Shown: positions 1-10,029, numbered from the stretch's first letter. The stretch is 42,352 nt of DNA from Candidatus Magasanikbacteria bacterium RIFCSPHIGHO2_01_FULL_33_34 (GCA_001782825.1 MFPS01000003.1:1-42352), one strand, 5' to 3'. Program-made: numbers and translations. The notes: generated by a model not told the origin, from the letters alone.

Positions 1-1104
1 AATAATACAGATGATCTTGGAGCCTATGGATTTGCTTGGAATAATATTTATGCATCCAGTACCGCATACCTAGATTATGTTTCATCAACAATGATGCAGT
101 TATCAAATGGAACATTAACTAATCCTTCTCTTAATTTTATTGGATCTGAAAGTACTGGTTTAAGTTATACTGGATCAGGAATAGCAGTTAGTGTAGATGG
201 ATCAGTACAATTTTTAGTTTCAGCTTCAGATGTTGCTTTTTATAAAGATTTAATTCCTGGTGGAGGTGGATCTTATGATCTTGGTCAAGCAAGTGATAAG
301 TTCAATGATTTGAGATTAAGTGGAACTGCATATTTAGCAACAGTGACATCAACTATGATGGAGCCATTAACAAATAATACTTATGATTTTGGTTCATTTG
401 GATTTGCTTGGAATAATCTATTTGTTTCTTCAACATCATATTTAGGTAATGTAACTTCTACTGCTATAGAACCATGGGCTAATAATACTTCTGATTTGGG
501 TTCGTATAATTTTTCATGGAATGACGTATTTGTTAGTGGTACATTATATGTAGCAGGACTTAATTATTCTGGTGCTTCAAGACCTGTTCGTCAAGTTGCA
601 TTGGTACCAGAATTTGCTGGTGCAACACTTACAGGTGATGGAGGTAGTAATACAGGTACTATGACATCTGATTTTTGTGAACAAGGTGTTCATGCAAATA
701 TTCCTGATACAAATACAGCTGATTGTGAATCTGGCGAAATTCATAATTATTATAAATGGGAAAATATTCAAGGTACTCCGCAAGATTATGATATTTGGCT
801 TCGTTGGAGAGTTCCTGATAATTTTGCAGCTTGGCCAGCAAATCCTATTTCATTTGAATCTAGAAGAACAGATATTACTAATAATACTGTGAGTACTACT
901 CTATATGATACAGCTGGTGTAGCAGAAGTAACAACGTCAACATCTGGATTAGCTAATACTTGGAGGAATACTTTTTATGAGCAAACATTTACAGGTACAT
1001 ATACACCAGGAAGTTATATGACTTTCCAAATATATATGAGAGCTGATACTAATGATGATGTACAGTTAGGTGAAATTACTATTAATTATGAATCAAGTAA
1101 TTAA
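1..1104 (+). CDS. Surface/secreted repeat protein, 5'-truncated by the window edge
   Basis: Frame 1 is open from nt 1 into the ORF called at 91. A ~37-aa motif (NNTxD[LF]GSxxFxWNxxFVSxTxYL) occurs at nt 1-114 and again three times between aa 57 and 154 of the called ORF. No enzyme motifs recognised. Confidence 0.6.
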   Translation, partial: NNTDDLGAYGFAWNNIYASSTAYLDYVSSTMMQLSNGTLTNPSLNFIGSESTGLSYTGSGIAVSVDGSVQFLVSASDVAFYKDLIPGGGGSYDLGQASDKFNDLRLSGTAYLATVTSTMMEPLTNNTYDFGSFGFAWNNLFVSSTSYLGNVTSTAIEPWANNTSDLGSYNFSWNDVFVSGTLYVAGLNYSGASRPVRQVALVPEFAGATLTGDGGSNTGTMTSDFCEQGVHANIPDTNTADCESGEIHNYYKWENIQGTPQDYDIWLRWRVPDNFAAWPANPISFESRRTDITNNTVSTTLYDTAGVAEVTTSTSGLANTWRNTFYEQTFTGTYTPGSYMTFQIYMRADTNDDVQLGEITINYESSN

Positions 1105-1110
1105 TATATT

Positions 1111-3504
1111 ATGAAAAGCAAAAGAATACTAAAATTAACAAAAAAAGTTTTTACATTTGGTTTGATTATTAGTTGGCTTTTTACTAGTTGGCCACAAATT
1201 CCATTTGTTAATTTTCCAGAAAAGGTTCAAAAAGCACAGGCTGCAATTTCTGCGACTCATTTGACTGCTGGTAGTAATACATATCCATCTGATACTGGTA
1301 CCACAGCTTCTATTTCTCCAACTGCTAATGCTCTTATCATTGTAACGGTTGGAGTTTATAATGGTTCAGGTAATCCACCAACACCAATTTCAGTTATAGG
1401 GAATGGGATTACCTATGAACTGATAGATTGTTCAGGTGAATGGCATAGTGGTTTTGATGCAGAAATGGTTTGTATGTATCGTGGTCTTTCTGCTTCGCCT
1501 ACAACAGGGACAATAGTAATTACAGGAGATACAGGTACAGGTTATCTTTCTTGGTCGGTGGATGAAATTACAGGTGTATATGATACAGGTGGAAGTAATG
1601 GTAGTGGTGCGGTAATTCAATCTAATACATATTCTTCTGGAGCTGGTACAACTGATACAATTACTGTAACATTAGGTACTTTTGCAAGCGCTGGTAATGG
1701 AGTTTTGGGAACAGCTTATAACTATAATGCTGGAACTTTGGCAATAACTAAAGAAGCTGGATTAACAGAACTTGTGAGTAATTATCCTAATGATAATCCA
1801 GAAACAGCTTGGAGGAATGATAATGACACAAGTCTTGTTTGGACATTAACTGCAGATTATTCTGGTGGTATGGCTATTGAGGTTAATGGAACAGCACCTG
1901 GGACTTGTGATGGTGGGGCTGTTAGTAATGTTGTTTTTATTGGTAAGGTTAATGGTGATTGTATAGGTTTTGTTTCATCTACAGGTGCTGGTACTTTTAC
2001 ATTACCAGGAGATTGGTCTGATACTAATTTAATTGAAGTTATAGGTGCTGGTGGAGGTGGAGGTGGTACTAGTTCTGGTGATGGTTCTGGTGGTGGAGGT
2101 GGTGGTGCTTATGCGACTACAACTATTGCTAGTTTGGCAGATGGGGTTAGTTATTTTGTTGGTATAGGTGGTCCTTCTGCTACTGTTGGTTCGTCTACAT
2201 GGTTTGGCGCTACAACTTGTGGTGCGGCTAATGTCTGTGCTGGTGGTGGTGGTACTGCTACGGCTGGTGGTACTAATGCAAATACAGGCGGAGCTGGTGG
2301 AACTGTAGTTGTTGGCCAAGGCTATGCAGGCGGAGCTGGTGGTGATGGTGGTGGTGATACTGATGGTGGTGGCGGTGGTGGAGGAGGAGCCGGTGGGACA
2401 ACTGGGATTGGCGCTGCTGGAGGAGGATCAACTTCACATGCTATTGATGGTGGTTCTGGTGGTGGTGGTGCAAGTGGTGGTGATGTTGGAGCTGTAGGTC
2501 CAAGTACTAATGTTGGTGGTGATGGCGGAGCTAATTTTACAAATAGGAATGGTAGCCCTGGCGGTGGTGGAGCTGGTGGTAATGGAACAGATGGTACTGC
2601 TGGTACGTTAGGTGCTGGTGGTGGTGGTGGTTCTGATGCTTCTCAGGCTGCCAATGAGGATGGAGGAGCTGGTGGTAATGGTATAGATTTATGGGGTGCT
2701 TCGCCTTTTTATGGTTCTGGTGGTGGTGGTGGTGGTGCTGGTGATAATGGTATTGGTGGTAATGGAGGTAGATATGGTGGTGGAGGGGGTGGTACAGGTG
2801 AAGATGGTGATATTGGTGGTACTGGTGGACAAGGTCTTATTGTTATTACTTATACTCCATCATTAGCGCCTGTATTTACTCTTAATTCATATAGATGGTA
2901 TGTAGATAATGATTTTGTAGATCCATCTAATTCTTGGGGAAATCCTGATATAGCTCAAGATACTGCTATAACAATTTTACCTTATAGTAATCTTGCACCG
3001 ACTAGTACAGTAGAATTACGTTTGCGAACTAATTTTACTGTAAGTTCAGCTGCACTGAGTGCGGGGGCTCAACAATTTAAATTACAATTCAAAGAAGGAA
3101 CAGACGCTACGTGTAATACAGGTAGTTGGACAGATGTTGGTGCACAAGCTAGTGCTGTAACTTGGCGTTTTGCTAATTCTAGTGTAACAACTTCACTTTT
3201 ATCAGTGACTAAGCTTTCTCCAGTTTCCAATGTATTAGAGAGTTATGTAACTACTACTCCAACTTATGTGAATCCAAATTCTGTTTCTGTGGGAGAGGAG
3301 ATGGAATATGATTTTCATATTGAGCACAACGGGGCAACCTCTACAGATCAATATAGTTTTAGAGTAGTAGAAAGTGATAATACAGAATTTGATTCTTATA
3401 CAAATTGTCCTACTTTGGCTACAGGACCAGAAACGGCAGATTTAATGAGGCATGGTAATATGATTACTGCTATTGGTGAGCAAGGGTTTTATTGGGCAAA
3501 TTAA
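1111..3504 (+). CDS. Membrane-anchored or secreted glycine-rich domain protein
   Basis: 797-aa ORF with a hydrophobic N-terminal segment (FTFGLIISWLFTSW). The central region, about nt 2040-2830, is dominated by GGxGG/GGGGGG runs. It starts IEVIGAGGGGGG and ends GGQGLIVITY. The C-terminal part is not low-complexity. Confidence 0.6.
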   Translation: MKSKRILKLTKKVFTFGLIISWLFTSWPQIPFVNFPEKVQKAQAAISATHLTAGSNTYPSDTGTTASISPTANALIIVTVGVYNGSGNPPTPISVIGNGITYELIDCSGEWHSGFDAEMVCMYRGLSASPTTGTIVITGDTGTGYLSWSVDEITGVYDTGGSNGSGAVIQSNTYSSGAGTTDTITVTLGTFASAGNGVLGTAYNYNAGTLAITKEAGLTELVSNYPNDNPETAWRNDNDTSLVWTLTADYSGGMAIEVNGTAPGTCDGGAVSNVVFIGKVNGDCIGFVSSTGAGTFTLPGDWSDTNLIEVIGAGGGGGGTSSGDGSGGGGGGAYATTTIASLADGVSYFVGIGGPSATVGSSTWFGATTCGAANVCAGGGGTATAGGTNANTGGAGGTVVVGQGYAGGAGGDGGGDTDGGGGGGGGAGGTTGIGAAGGGSTSHAIDGGSGGGGASGGDVGAVGPSTNVGGDGGANFTNRNGSPGGGGAGGNGTDGTAGTLGAGGGGGSDASQAANEDGGAGGNGIDLWGASPFYGSGGGGGGAGDNGIGGNGGRYGGGGGGTGEDGDIGGTGGQGLIVITYTPSLAPVFTLNSYRWYVDNDFVDPSNSWGNPDIAQDTAITILPYSNLAPTSTVELRLRTNFTVSSAALSAGAQQFKLQFKEGTDATCNTGSWTDVGAQASAVTWRFANSSVTTSLLSVTKLSPVSNVLESYVTTTPTYVNPNSVSVGEEMEYDFHIEHNGATSTDQYSFRVVESDNTEFDSYTNCPTLATGPETADLMRHGNMITAIGEQGFYWAN

Positions 3505-3513
3505 AAAAATAAA

Positions 3514-4770
3514 ATGCAGAATTTAAGATATAATAAAATTATTTTAAATTGGATAGTACCAACTTTGATAGCCGGTTTGATTTTTTTTATTGTAAAACCT
3601 GCTTTGGCAGAAATAGTTGTATCAGAAGAATTAGCATTATATGTTATAAATAATGATTTGGAAGTAGGAGATGAGACAGTTGATGGTTATAGACAGGTTT
3701 ATTATGTTTTTAATGGAGAGAAAGTTTTTGTTACAGATTTTGATAGGAAAAATAGTCGTAATCCGATGGTAAATAAAGAATATGTGGTTTGGGTTACAGA
3801 AATAAATGGTGCTGGACAGATTTTTTTGTATCATATACCGACTGATACAAAAACTGCTCTGACAAACTCTAGTACAAATCTTGATCCAGAAGTGGATGTT
3901 AATGGTAATGTGGTATGGAAAAGATGGGTAGATGACAGGTGGCAGATTTTCTTTTTTGATGGTATCTCAGTTAGTCAGTTGACTGAAGGTGATGTATCGG
4001 TTGATCCGGATATAGAAGGGGATAAAATTGTTTTTAGCCGTCAAGATGATAATAAAGAATGGAGAGCAGTTGAATTTAATATAGACAATAGACAAGTTAA
4101 TTTACTTTCTAGAGGTCAAGAATCAAAATCTATTAAAATTATAGATGGAGAAGTTGTTTTTCCTATAAAAATTGCTAGAGAAGAAAAAGAAAAAGAAGAA
4201 AGAGAAAAAAAGTTGTTGAGACAACAAATAGAACAAGATCATGTGTTTGAGGAGTCTTTGCGAGAAGAAGAGACATTAGGTGAGGATTTCATAGAAATTG
4301 AAATTGAAGATGATAGTGATGGTATTGAAGAAGAGTCTGTGATTAATGAAGATGGAGGAGTTGATGGAGAAGATATAATGATTGATGAAGTTGAGGAAAT
4401 TTTGGATGAAAATGTAGAGGAAATAGAAGATAGTATAGTAGAATCAGAGCCAGAGGAAGTTTTACCAACTGAACCAGAAATAGTTACAGAAGAGGATATT
4501 ATAGCAGAGCTAGAAGAAGAACCAATAATTGATGATGAAGAAGAAATAGTTGAGATAGTAGAAATTGTTGAGGAAGTTGAGGAAGAAATAATTGAAGAAG
4601 AAGAAATTCTTCCTCAGGAAGAAAGTGAAATTACTGAAGAGCAAACAGAAGAAGTTGTTGTAGAAATTCCTATTGATTTAATTGAAGAAATTGCAGAAGA
4701 GCTTGTTGTTGAAGAAGAAATAATTGAAGAAGAGATTATACTTGAGGAAGAAAGTGAAGTTATTGAATAA
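3514..4770 (+). CDS. Membrane-anchored protein with a beta-propeller-like (TolB/WD40-like) segment and a very acidic Glu/Ile/Val-rich C-terminal tail
   Basis: N-terminal TM helix (WIVPTLIAGLIFFIV). Repeated xVVWxxxxxGxxQIFxxD-like strands. The last ~195 aa are almost entirely E/I/V/D. Confidence 0.55.
   Translation: MQNLRYNKIILNWIVPTLIAGLIFFIVKPALAEIVVSEELALYVINNDLEVGDETVDGYRQVYYVFNGEKVFVTDFDRKNSRNPMVNKEYVVWVTEINGAGQIFLYHIPTDTKTALTNSSTNLDPEVDVNGNVVWKRWVDDRWQIFFFDGISVSQLTEGDVSVDPDIEGDKIVFSRQDDNKEWRAVEFNIDNRQVNLLSRGQESKSIKIIDGEVVFPIKIAREEKEKEEREKKLLRQQIEQDHVFEESLREEETLGEDFIEIEIEDDSDGIEEESVINEDGGVDGEDIMIDEVEEILDENVEEIEDSIVESEPEEVLPTEPEIVTEEDIIAELEEEPIIDDEEEIVEIVEIVEEVEEEIIEEEEILPQEESEITEEQTEEVVVEIPIDLIEEIAEELVVEEEIIEEEIILEEESEVIE
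4180..4767 (+). repeat. Low-complexity GAA/GAG-rich coding repeat (poly-acidic tail of the 3514-4770 CDS)
   Basis: Runs of gaagaa/gaggaa with att/gtt interspersed, translating as EEIIEEE-type tracts. Confidence 0.8.
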
Positions 4771-5344
4771 GTTTATTTTGATAATAATTTATTTTATCAA
4801 GTAAAAATTGGTGTTCCAAAATTAAATTAGTTTGTTTAGTGAGTAACTTTATAGATTCTGCAGACTTTAAAAATTCAGTCTGATCTTGAAAATTTATAGT
4901 TTCTAGTTTTGAGAAAAATTCTTTTTGTTCAATAAAAAAGTTTTTATTTTTTTGCCTTAATTTCATCATTTTTTCTTTAAGTTCATTGCCCAAAAAATTG
5001 GAGTATTTTTTTGGTTTTATAAAGATTTTTGGGTAAGTATATGGATTTTCTAGATATATTAAAGCTTTTTCATTTATTTCGTTTAATGTTTTTACTTCAT
5101 TTCTTTTTTCTAAGACAAAATTTGGAGATTTAGGGTCTAGTTTTATTAATTCTATAAAAGTGATGCGACTTTGTGAAATATAGTTTTTTTGTTCATTTAA
5201 AATTTTTTCTGTTTTAATTAAATTTTCAGAAATGATTAAATTAGATTTAATATATAGTAAATAATATATAAATAAAAACAGTGATAATAAAATTATTACC
5301 TTGATAATCAAGCTAAAAATTTTGCTAATTGGTCTATTTTTCAT
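4760..5344 (-). CDS. Hypothetical membrane-anchored coiled-coil protein
   Basis: 194-aa ORF with an N-terminal TM helix (IFSLIIKVIILLSLFLFIYYLL). The rest is K/E/N-rich. It is convergent with the upstream gene. No homology recognised. Confidence 0.45.
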   Translation of the reverse strand: MKNRPISKIFSLIIKVIILLSLFLFIYYLLYIKSNLIISENLIKTEKILNEQKNYISQSRITFIELIKLDPKSPNFVLEKRNEVKTLNEINEKALIYLENPYTYPKIFIKPKKYSNFLGNELKEKMMKLRQKNKNFFIEQKEFFSKLETINFQDQTEFLKSAESIKLLTKQTNLILEHQFLLDKINYYQNKLIQ

Positions 5345-5372
5345 ACTATAATAGTAGCATAGATTTTTCTTG

Positions 5373-5401
5373 TTGACTATTTTTGTGTGGTGTATTAAAA
5401 T
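5373..5401 (+). promoter_or_regulatory. Candidate sigma70-type promoter (TTGACT-N17-TAAAAT) for the 5450 CDS
   Basis: TTGACT at 5373-5378, a 17-nt spacer, then TAAAAT at 5396-5401. Confidence 0.4.
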
Positions 5402-5449
5402 ATATGTAAAAGGTCGTATATTTAGTAATATAAATTGAAGTAAATATTT

Positions 5450-5938
5450 ATGAAAAATGTAAAGGAAATTTCTAATTCAGAGTCTAGTGGCATGGATTTT
5501 AGTCCTAAAGAGGTTAAAAATAAAAAAAATAAAATTGTATTGGTAGTTTTGTTAATTTTGGTAGTAATTTTTGGCGCATTAACGTTTTATTATTATAAAA
5601 AATTTTCTGAATTAAATAAAGATCCTTTGGGAGTAGCAGAACAAGAAGTGAATAAATTATTGGAAAGGGTTTCAGAGCATATAGTATTGCCAAGTGATGA
5701 GAGACCTAATATTGCTACAGTAAATAATCCAGAAAGTTTGAAGAATCAACCATTTTTTGCTAATGCAAAAAATGGAGATGTAGTGTTGCTTTATCCTAAT
5801 TCTAGGAAGGCTATATTGTATGATCCAGTTCTTAATAAGATTTTGGAAGTGGCACCATTGATATTGCCTACGGTTGGTACGGAAACAAATGTGATACCGT
5901 CAAAAATTGAAACAGAATTAATAGTAGATACTGAATAA
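5450..5938 (+). CDS. Hypothetical membrane-anchored protein
   Basis: 162-aa ORF with a single TM helix (IVLVVLLILVVIFGALTFYYY) after a charged N-terminus. Confidence 0.5.
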   Translation: MKNVKEISNSESSGMDFSPKEVKNKKNKIVLVVLLILVVIFGALTFYYYKKFSELNKDPLGVAEQEVNKLLERVSEHIVLPSDERPNIATVNNPESLKNQPFFANAKNGDVVLLYPNSRKAILYDPVLNKILEVAPLILPTVGTETNVIPSKIETELIVDTE

Positions 5939-5959
5939 TTAGTAGGTTTAGAATAAAAC

Positions 5960-7282
5960 ATGAATGAGCTAGGTAAAATAAAACAAAATTCCATTGTTTT
6001 TTTGATGGTAGTTATTTTATTTATTTTAAGTATCATTTTTTTTGTTGTACCTAGTTTTGCGACTGATTATGTAAGTAGTAATTTTATAATTAGAGATCCT
6101 GTAATTACAGTAGAGGGTGGTAGAGCAACTTCATCTAGTTTTATATATTTTTCTAGTACAGGGCAGACAAGCGTTGGTTCAAGTACAAGTACTTCTTTTT
6201 CAGCTTATGATGGGTTTTTATATTTTACAGATATTTCAATACCAACTTTGACAGCTACTGCTGGCAATGCACAAGCAAGTTTATCTTGGAGTGAATCTAC
6301 TTCTACTTTTGGTTATGTTGTTACGAGTTATCAGGTTGGACAGTCTACTGTTTCTGGCGGTTCTTATTCTTATACAGATGTAGGTAATGTATTGAGTTCA
6401 ACTAGAAGTAGTTTAACAAATGGTACGACATACTATTTTATTATTCGTGTAATTGATAATCAAGGGGATGTAATTGCTACATCAACCGAAAGTTCAGTTA
6501 TTCCAGTAGCATCTTCTGTAGCTCCAAGTGGTGGTGGAGGAGGAGGTGGTAGTAGCATTGATACAGTAATAACAGCAGTAAAATTTTCAGGTATGGCATA
6601 TCCTTTAAGTAAAGTTACAATTTTAAAGGATGGTCAGATTGCTGTGACTACTATAGCAGGACCAGATGCTAAATTTGATGTTTTATTGAGTGGATTATCA
6701 ACTGGTAATTATGTATTTTCAGTAATCAGTGAGGATGATGCACAAAATCGTAGTTCTTTGTTTACATTTCCCATATTTATATCTAAAGGTGTGACCATAA
6801 ATGTTGGTGGAATTTTTATTTCTCCAACAATTAATGTTGATAAGGAACAGGTACAACAGGGTGAAAATATTGCTATATTTGGTAAAAGTGTATCTAATTC
6901 TGAAATAACAATATTAATTAATTCAGAACATCAATTTTTTGAAAAAGTTAAAACAGATAATGATGGTGTTTATTTATATAATTTTGATACATCTCCATTA
7001 GAACTAGGTGAGCATTATACCAAGTCAAAAGTTGTATTTAAAGATCAGGTTAGTCCTTTTAGTAAATCAGTGAATTTTATTGTTGGAAATCGTACAGTTT
7101 TAAAAAATACAAAGAAACTAATAGGAGATTTAAGTAATGACTTCAGAGTCAATATTATTGATTTCTCTATTTTGGTATATTGGTTTGATCGTTTTGATTA
7201 TCCACAAGAATTTGATTTAAATAGTGATAATAAGATAGATTTGATAGATTTTAGTATTATGGTGTATTATTGGACAGGATAA
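5960..7282 (+). CDS. Surface protein with an FN3-like domain and a C-terminal dockerin-like double EF-hand
   Basis: N-terminal TM/signal segment. FN3-like stretch (ATAGNAQASLSWSES...TNGTTYYFIIRVID). G-rich linker. C-terminus carries two DxSxDxxVxxxDxxxL-type repeats (DLSNDFRVNIIDFSIL and DLNSDNKIDLIDFSIM). Confidence 0.6.
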   Translation: MNELGKIKQNSIVFLMVVILFILSIIFFVVPSFATDYVSSNFIIRDPVITVEGGRATSSSFIYFSSTGQTSVGSSTSTSFSAYDGFLYFTDISIPTLTATAGNAQASLSWSESTSTFGYVVTSYQVGQSTVSGGSYSYTDVGNVLSSTRSSLTNGTTYYFIIRVIDNQGDVIATSTESSVIPVASSVAPSGGGGGGGSSIDTVITAVKFSGMAYPLSKVTILKDGQIAVTTIAGPDAKFDVLLSGLSTGNYVFSVISEDDAQNRSSLFTFPIFISKGVTINVGGIFISPTINVDKEQVQQGENIAIFGKSVSNSEITILINSEHQFFEKVKTDNDGVYLYNFDTSPLELGEHYTKSKVVFKDQVSPFSKSVNFIVGNRTVLKNTKKLIGDLSNDFRVNIIDFSILVYWFDRFDYPQEFDLNSDNKIDLIDFSIMVYYWTG

Positions 7283-7291
7283 AATTTTTTT

Positions 7292-8206
7292 ATGTTAAAA
7301 TATATTCAAAAAAATAGACTTTGTATTGTAATGATTTTATCAAGTGTAATTTATTTTTTGTTTGTTTATAGTGTTTCTGCTGTTGAGTTGTATTTTGGTA
7401 GTACAAATAGTGAACAAAGTATCAATAATAAGTTTGCAGTTGGTTTTTTTGTAGACACTAAAGGTGAATCTATTAATGCTGTAGAAGGTAAAGTCGTTTT
7501 TAATTCAGATGAATTAGAATTAGTTGATATAATAGATGGAGAATCTATTATTAATTTTTGGTTAAATAAGCCAGAAGCAATTTGTAATAGTATTTGTGAA
7601 GTAAGTTTTGGGGGTGTAATTCCTGGTGGTTTTGTTGGGGATAAGGGAAATATTTTTTTGTTAGTTTTACGATCTACTAAATTGGGTGAAGTATCTATTA
7701 GTAGTATTGATAGTAGAATTTTGCTTAATAATGGCGAAGGTACTATGGCAGATTTGATAATTTCTCCAATAAATTTTAAAATTTTGGAGAAAACAGATAC
7801 GTCAGAATTTGTTTATCCTTATGATATAGATCCACCAGAATCATTTTTACCTACTATAGCTCAAGAAGAAGATATATTTGATGGAAAATTTTTCTTAGCC
7901 TTTGCTACTCAAGATAAATTATCAGGTATGGATCATTATGAAGTTGCAGAAAGTAGTAAGGAAGTTAGTGATTATAATAAATTAAAATGGAAAATTACAG
8001 ATAGTCCATATATATTAAAAAACCAATCATTAACAGAATATATTTATGTTAAAGCGGTTGATAAATCAGGAAATGCAAGAATACAAATTATCCCACCAAT
8101 AAATAAAGTTATATTCTACAAAAAGTATACAATGTATGGTATACTAATTGTAGTATCTATAATTTTATATACCTTGCAAAGGGTCTTATGGAGGATAAAG
8201 AGATAA
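7292..8206 (+). CDS. Cohesin-like domain protein with a C-terminal membrane anchor
   Basis: Signal/TM at the N-terminus. Cohesin-like pattern (FAVGFFVDTKGESINAVEGKVVFNSDELELVDIIDGESIINFW...VSFGGVIPGG). C-terminal TM helix (YGILIVVSIILYTL). Confidence 0.5.
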   Translation: MLKYIQKNRLCIVMILSSVIYFLFVYSVSAVELYFGSTNSEQSINNKFAVGFFVDTKGESINAVEGKVVFNSDELELVDIIDGESIINFWLNKPEAICNSICEVSFGGVIPGGFVGDKGNIFLLVLRSTKLGEVSISSIDSRILLNNGEGTMADLIISPINFKILEKTDTSEFVYPYDIDPPESFLPTIAQEEDIFDGKFFLAFATQDKLSGMDHYEVAESSKEVSDYNKLKWKITDSPYILKNQSLTEYIYVKAVDKSGNARIQIIPPINKVIFYKKYTMYGILIVVSIILYTLQRVLWRIKR

Positions 8207-9969
8207 TATTAAAAAATATAAAATTTTATTATAGAAGATACATATTTTTTGTATTTATATTTTTGTTTTCTATAATAGTTAACGCATCTTTTTGGGGTAC
8301 TGTTAAGGCTACGACTTTGTATTTTTCTCCATCTGTAGGTTCTTATGATTCTAACAACATTTTTTCAGTTGGTGTATATGTATCTAACCCAAATGAGTCA
8401 ATGAATGCAGTATCAGCGTTGATCACATTTCCTAAAGAAGTGCTTGAGGTTGCATCGGTTTCAAAAAGTAATTCTATAATAAATCTTTGGGTTCGTGAAC
8501 CGTCTTTTTCAAATAGTCAGGGTTTTGTAAATTTGGAAGGTATTGTTTTGAATCCTGGTTTTACTGGTGCTTCTGGTAAATTATTAACAATAAATTTTAA
8601 AGTAAAAACAGCAGGTCTTGCAAATGTTTTGTTTTCAGAGGCTTCTGTTCTTGCAAATGATGGACAAGGAACCAATATTTTGACGTCATTAAATAATGCA
8701 AATTTTTATTTGGGGAGTACAAATGTTTTGTCAAATGAATTAGTAAAACCACCCAAAACATTTAATTCACCAATTATTTATTCTGAAACACATCCAAATC
8801 CTAGTGATTGGTACGCTAAAGATAGTATCAATTTTAATTGGTTGATGACAGATGATGTGACAGATGTTGGTGTATTAGTAGACCAAAAATCATTTACAAA
8901 TTCTGGAACTGTAAGTGTTGGAAAAATTGATAAGTATACTTATTCTAATTTGGACGATGGCACTTGGTATTTGCATATTAAATTGCGTAATGCATCTGGT
9001 TGGGGACAGGCTGGCCATTTTCAATTTAATGTGGATACAGAAGGGCCGAAGAATTTAGAAATTAAAATAGTGGATAGAACTGATATGACTGATCCAAAAA
9101 TTGATTTTATATTCAGTGCAGAAGATGAGCTTTCTGGTATTGATTATTTTGAGGTTAAAATTGATGGAACGGTTGATAAAAATGTTGATTTTGAATCTGC
9201 CACTTATCAAGCTGAATTATTAGGATTGGGTAATCATATTATAACAGTTAGGGCTGTAGATAAGGCAGGTAATTTTACTGAAGACTCTATAGATTTTGTT
9301 GTAGAAGAGTTAGATGCACCAGTGATTGATGAGTTTAATAGAATTATTACAACAAATGATACTTTGATTATTTCTGGTAGATCAAGTGCTAATAGTAAAG
9401 TTACAGTATGGTTACAAAATAGTGGTGGAGATATAATAAAAAATATAGTTGATTCTAATGGAGACGGCGAATTTAGAGTAACTGTTGGGGATAGGTTAAA
9501 TGAAGGAACATATGAAATTCGAGCAGAAGTAATTACGGATACAGGCGCTAAAAGTAGACCAAGTGATCCTTTGCTTGTAGTAGTTAGACAACCAACTCTC
9601 ACTATGATTGGGGCATTGACTATAACTTTTCTATCGGTAGTAGTTCAAATTGCAGGTTTGCTCGCGATGTTAGTGTTATTGATATTATATTTTAGGTATA
9701 AAGTAAAGAAAATGTTATTAAAATTTAGAAAAGATTTGAATTTTACAGAAACTGATTTACATATTGCTTTTAATAATTTGAAAAAAAATATTAAAAATCA
9801 AGAAGATATGTTGAATAATAAAAAAATAAATCATGAAGAATTGACTGAAGAAGATGAGAAATTAATGCTGGAGCGTCTTGAAGTAGATTTAGATAAAGTA
9901 GAAAAATTAATTACTAAAGATATAGAAGAAATAAAGGGTAAATTATTAAAAGATAAGTTATTAGAGTAA
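8188..9969 (+). CDS. Cohesin-like domain protein with Ig-like repeats, a C-terminal TM anchor and a cytoplasmic coiled-coil tail
   Basis: Same N-terminal architecture as the preceding gene (FSVGVYVSNPNESMNAVSALITFPKEVLEVASVSKSNSIINLW...LEGIVLNPGFTG). TM helix near aa 470-500. Overlaps the previous CDS by 19 nt. Confidence 0.5.
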   Translation: MEDKEIILKNIKFYYRRYIFFVFIFLFSIIVNASFWGTVKATTLYFSPSVGSYDSNNIFSVGVYVSNPNESMNAVSALITFPKEVLEVASVSKSNSIINLWVREPSFSNSQGFVNLEGIVLNPGFTGASGKLLTINFKVKTAGLANVLFSEASVLANDGQGTNILTSLNNANFYLGSTNVLSNELVKPPKTFNSPIIYSETHPNPSDWYAKDSINFNWLMTDDVTDVGVLVDQKSFTNSGTVSVGKIDKYTYSNLDDGTWYLHIKLRNASGWGQAGHFQFNVDTEGPKNLEIKIVDRTDMTDPKIDFIFSAEDELSGIDYFEVKIDGTVDKNVDFESATYQAELLGLGNHIITVRAVDKAGNFTEDSIDFVVEELDAPVIDEFNRIITTNDTLIISGRSSANSKVTVWLQNSGGDIIKNIVDSNGDGEFRVTVGDRLNEGTYEIRAEVITDTGAKSRPSDPLLVVVRQPTLTMIGALTITFLSVVVQIAGLLAMLVLLILYFRYKVKKMLLKFRKDLNFTETDLHIAFNNLKKNIKNQEDMLNNKKINHEELTEEDEKLMLERLEVDLDKVEKLITKDIEEIKGKLLKDKLLE

Positions 9970-10029
9970 TAAATGTAGAAAATATAGTATATTGTATTTT
10001 TAAGTAATATCTGATAAAATAAGGTTATT

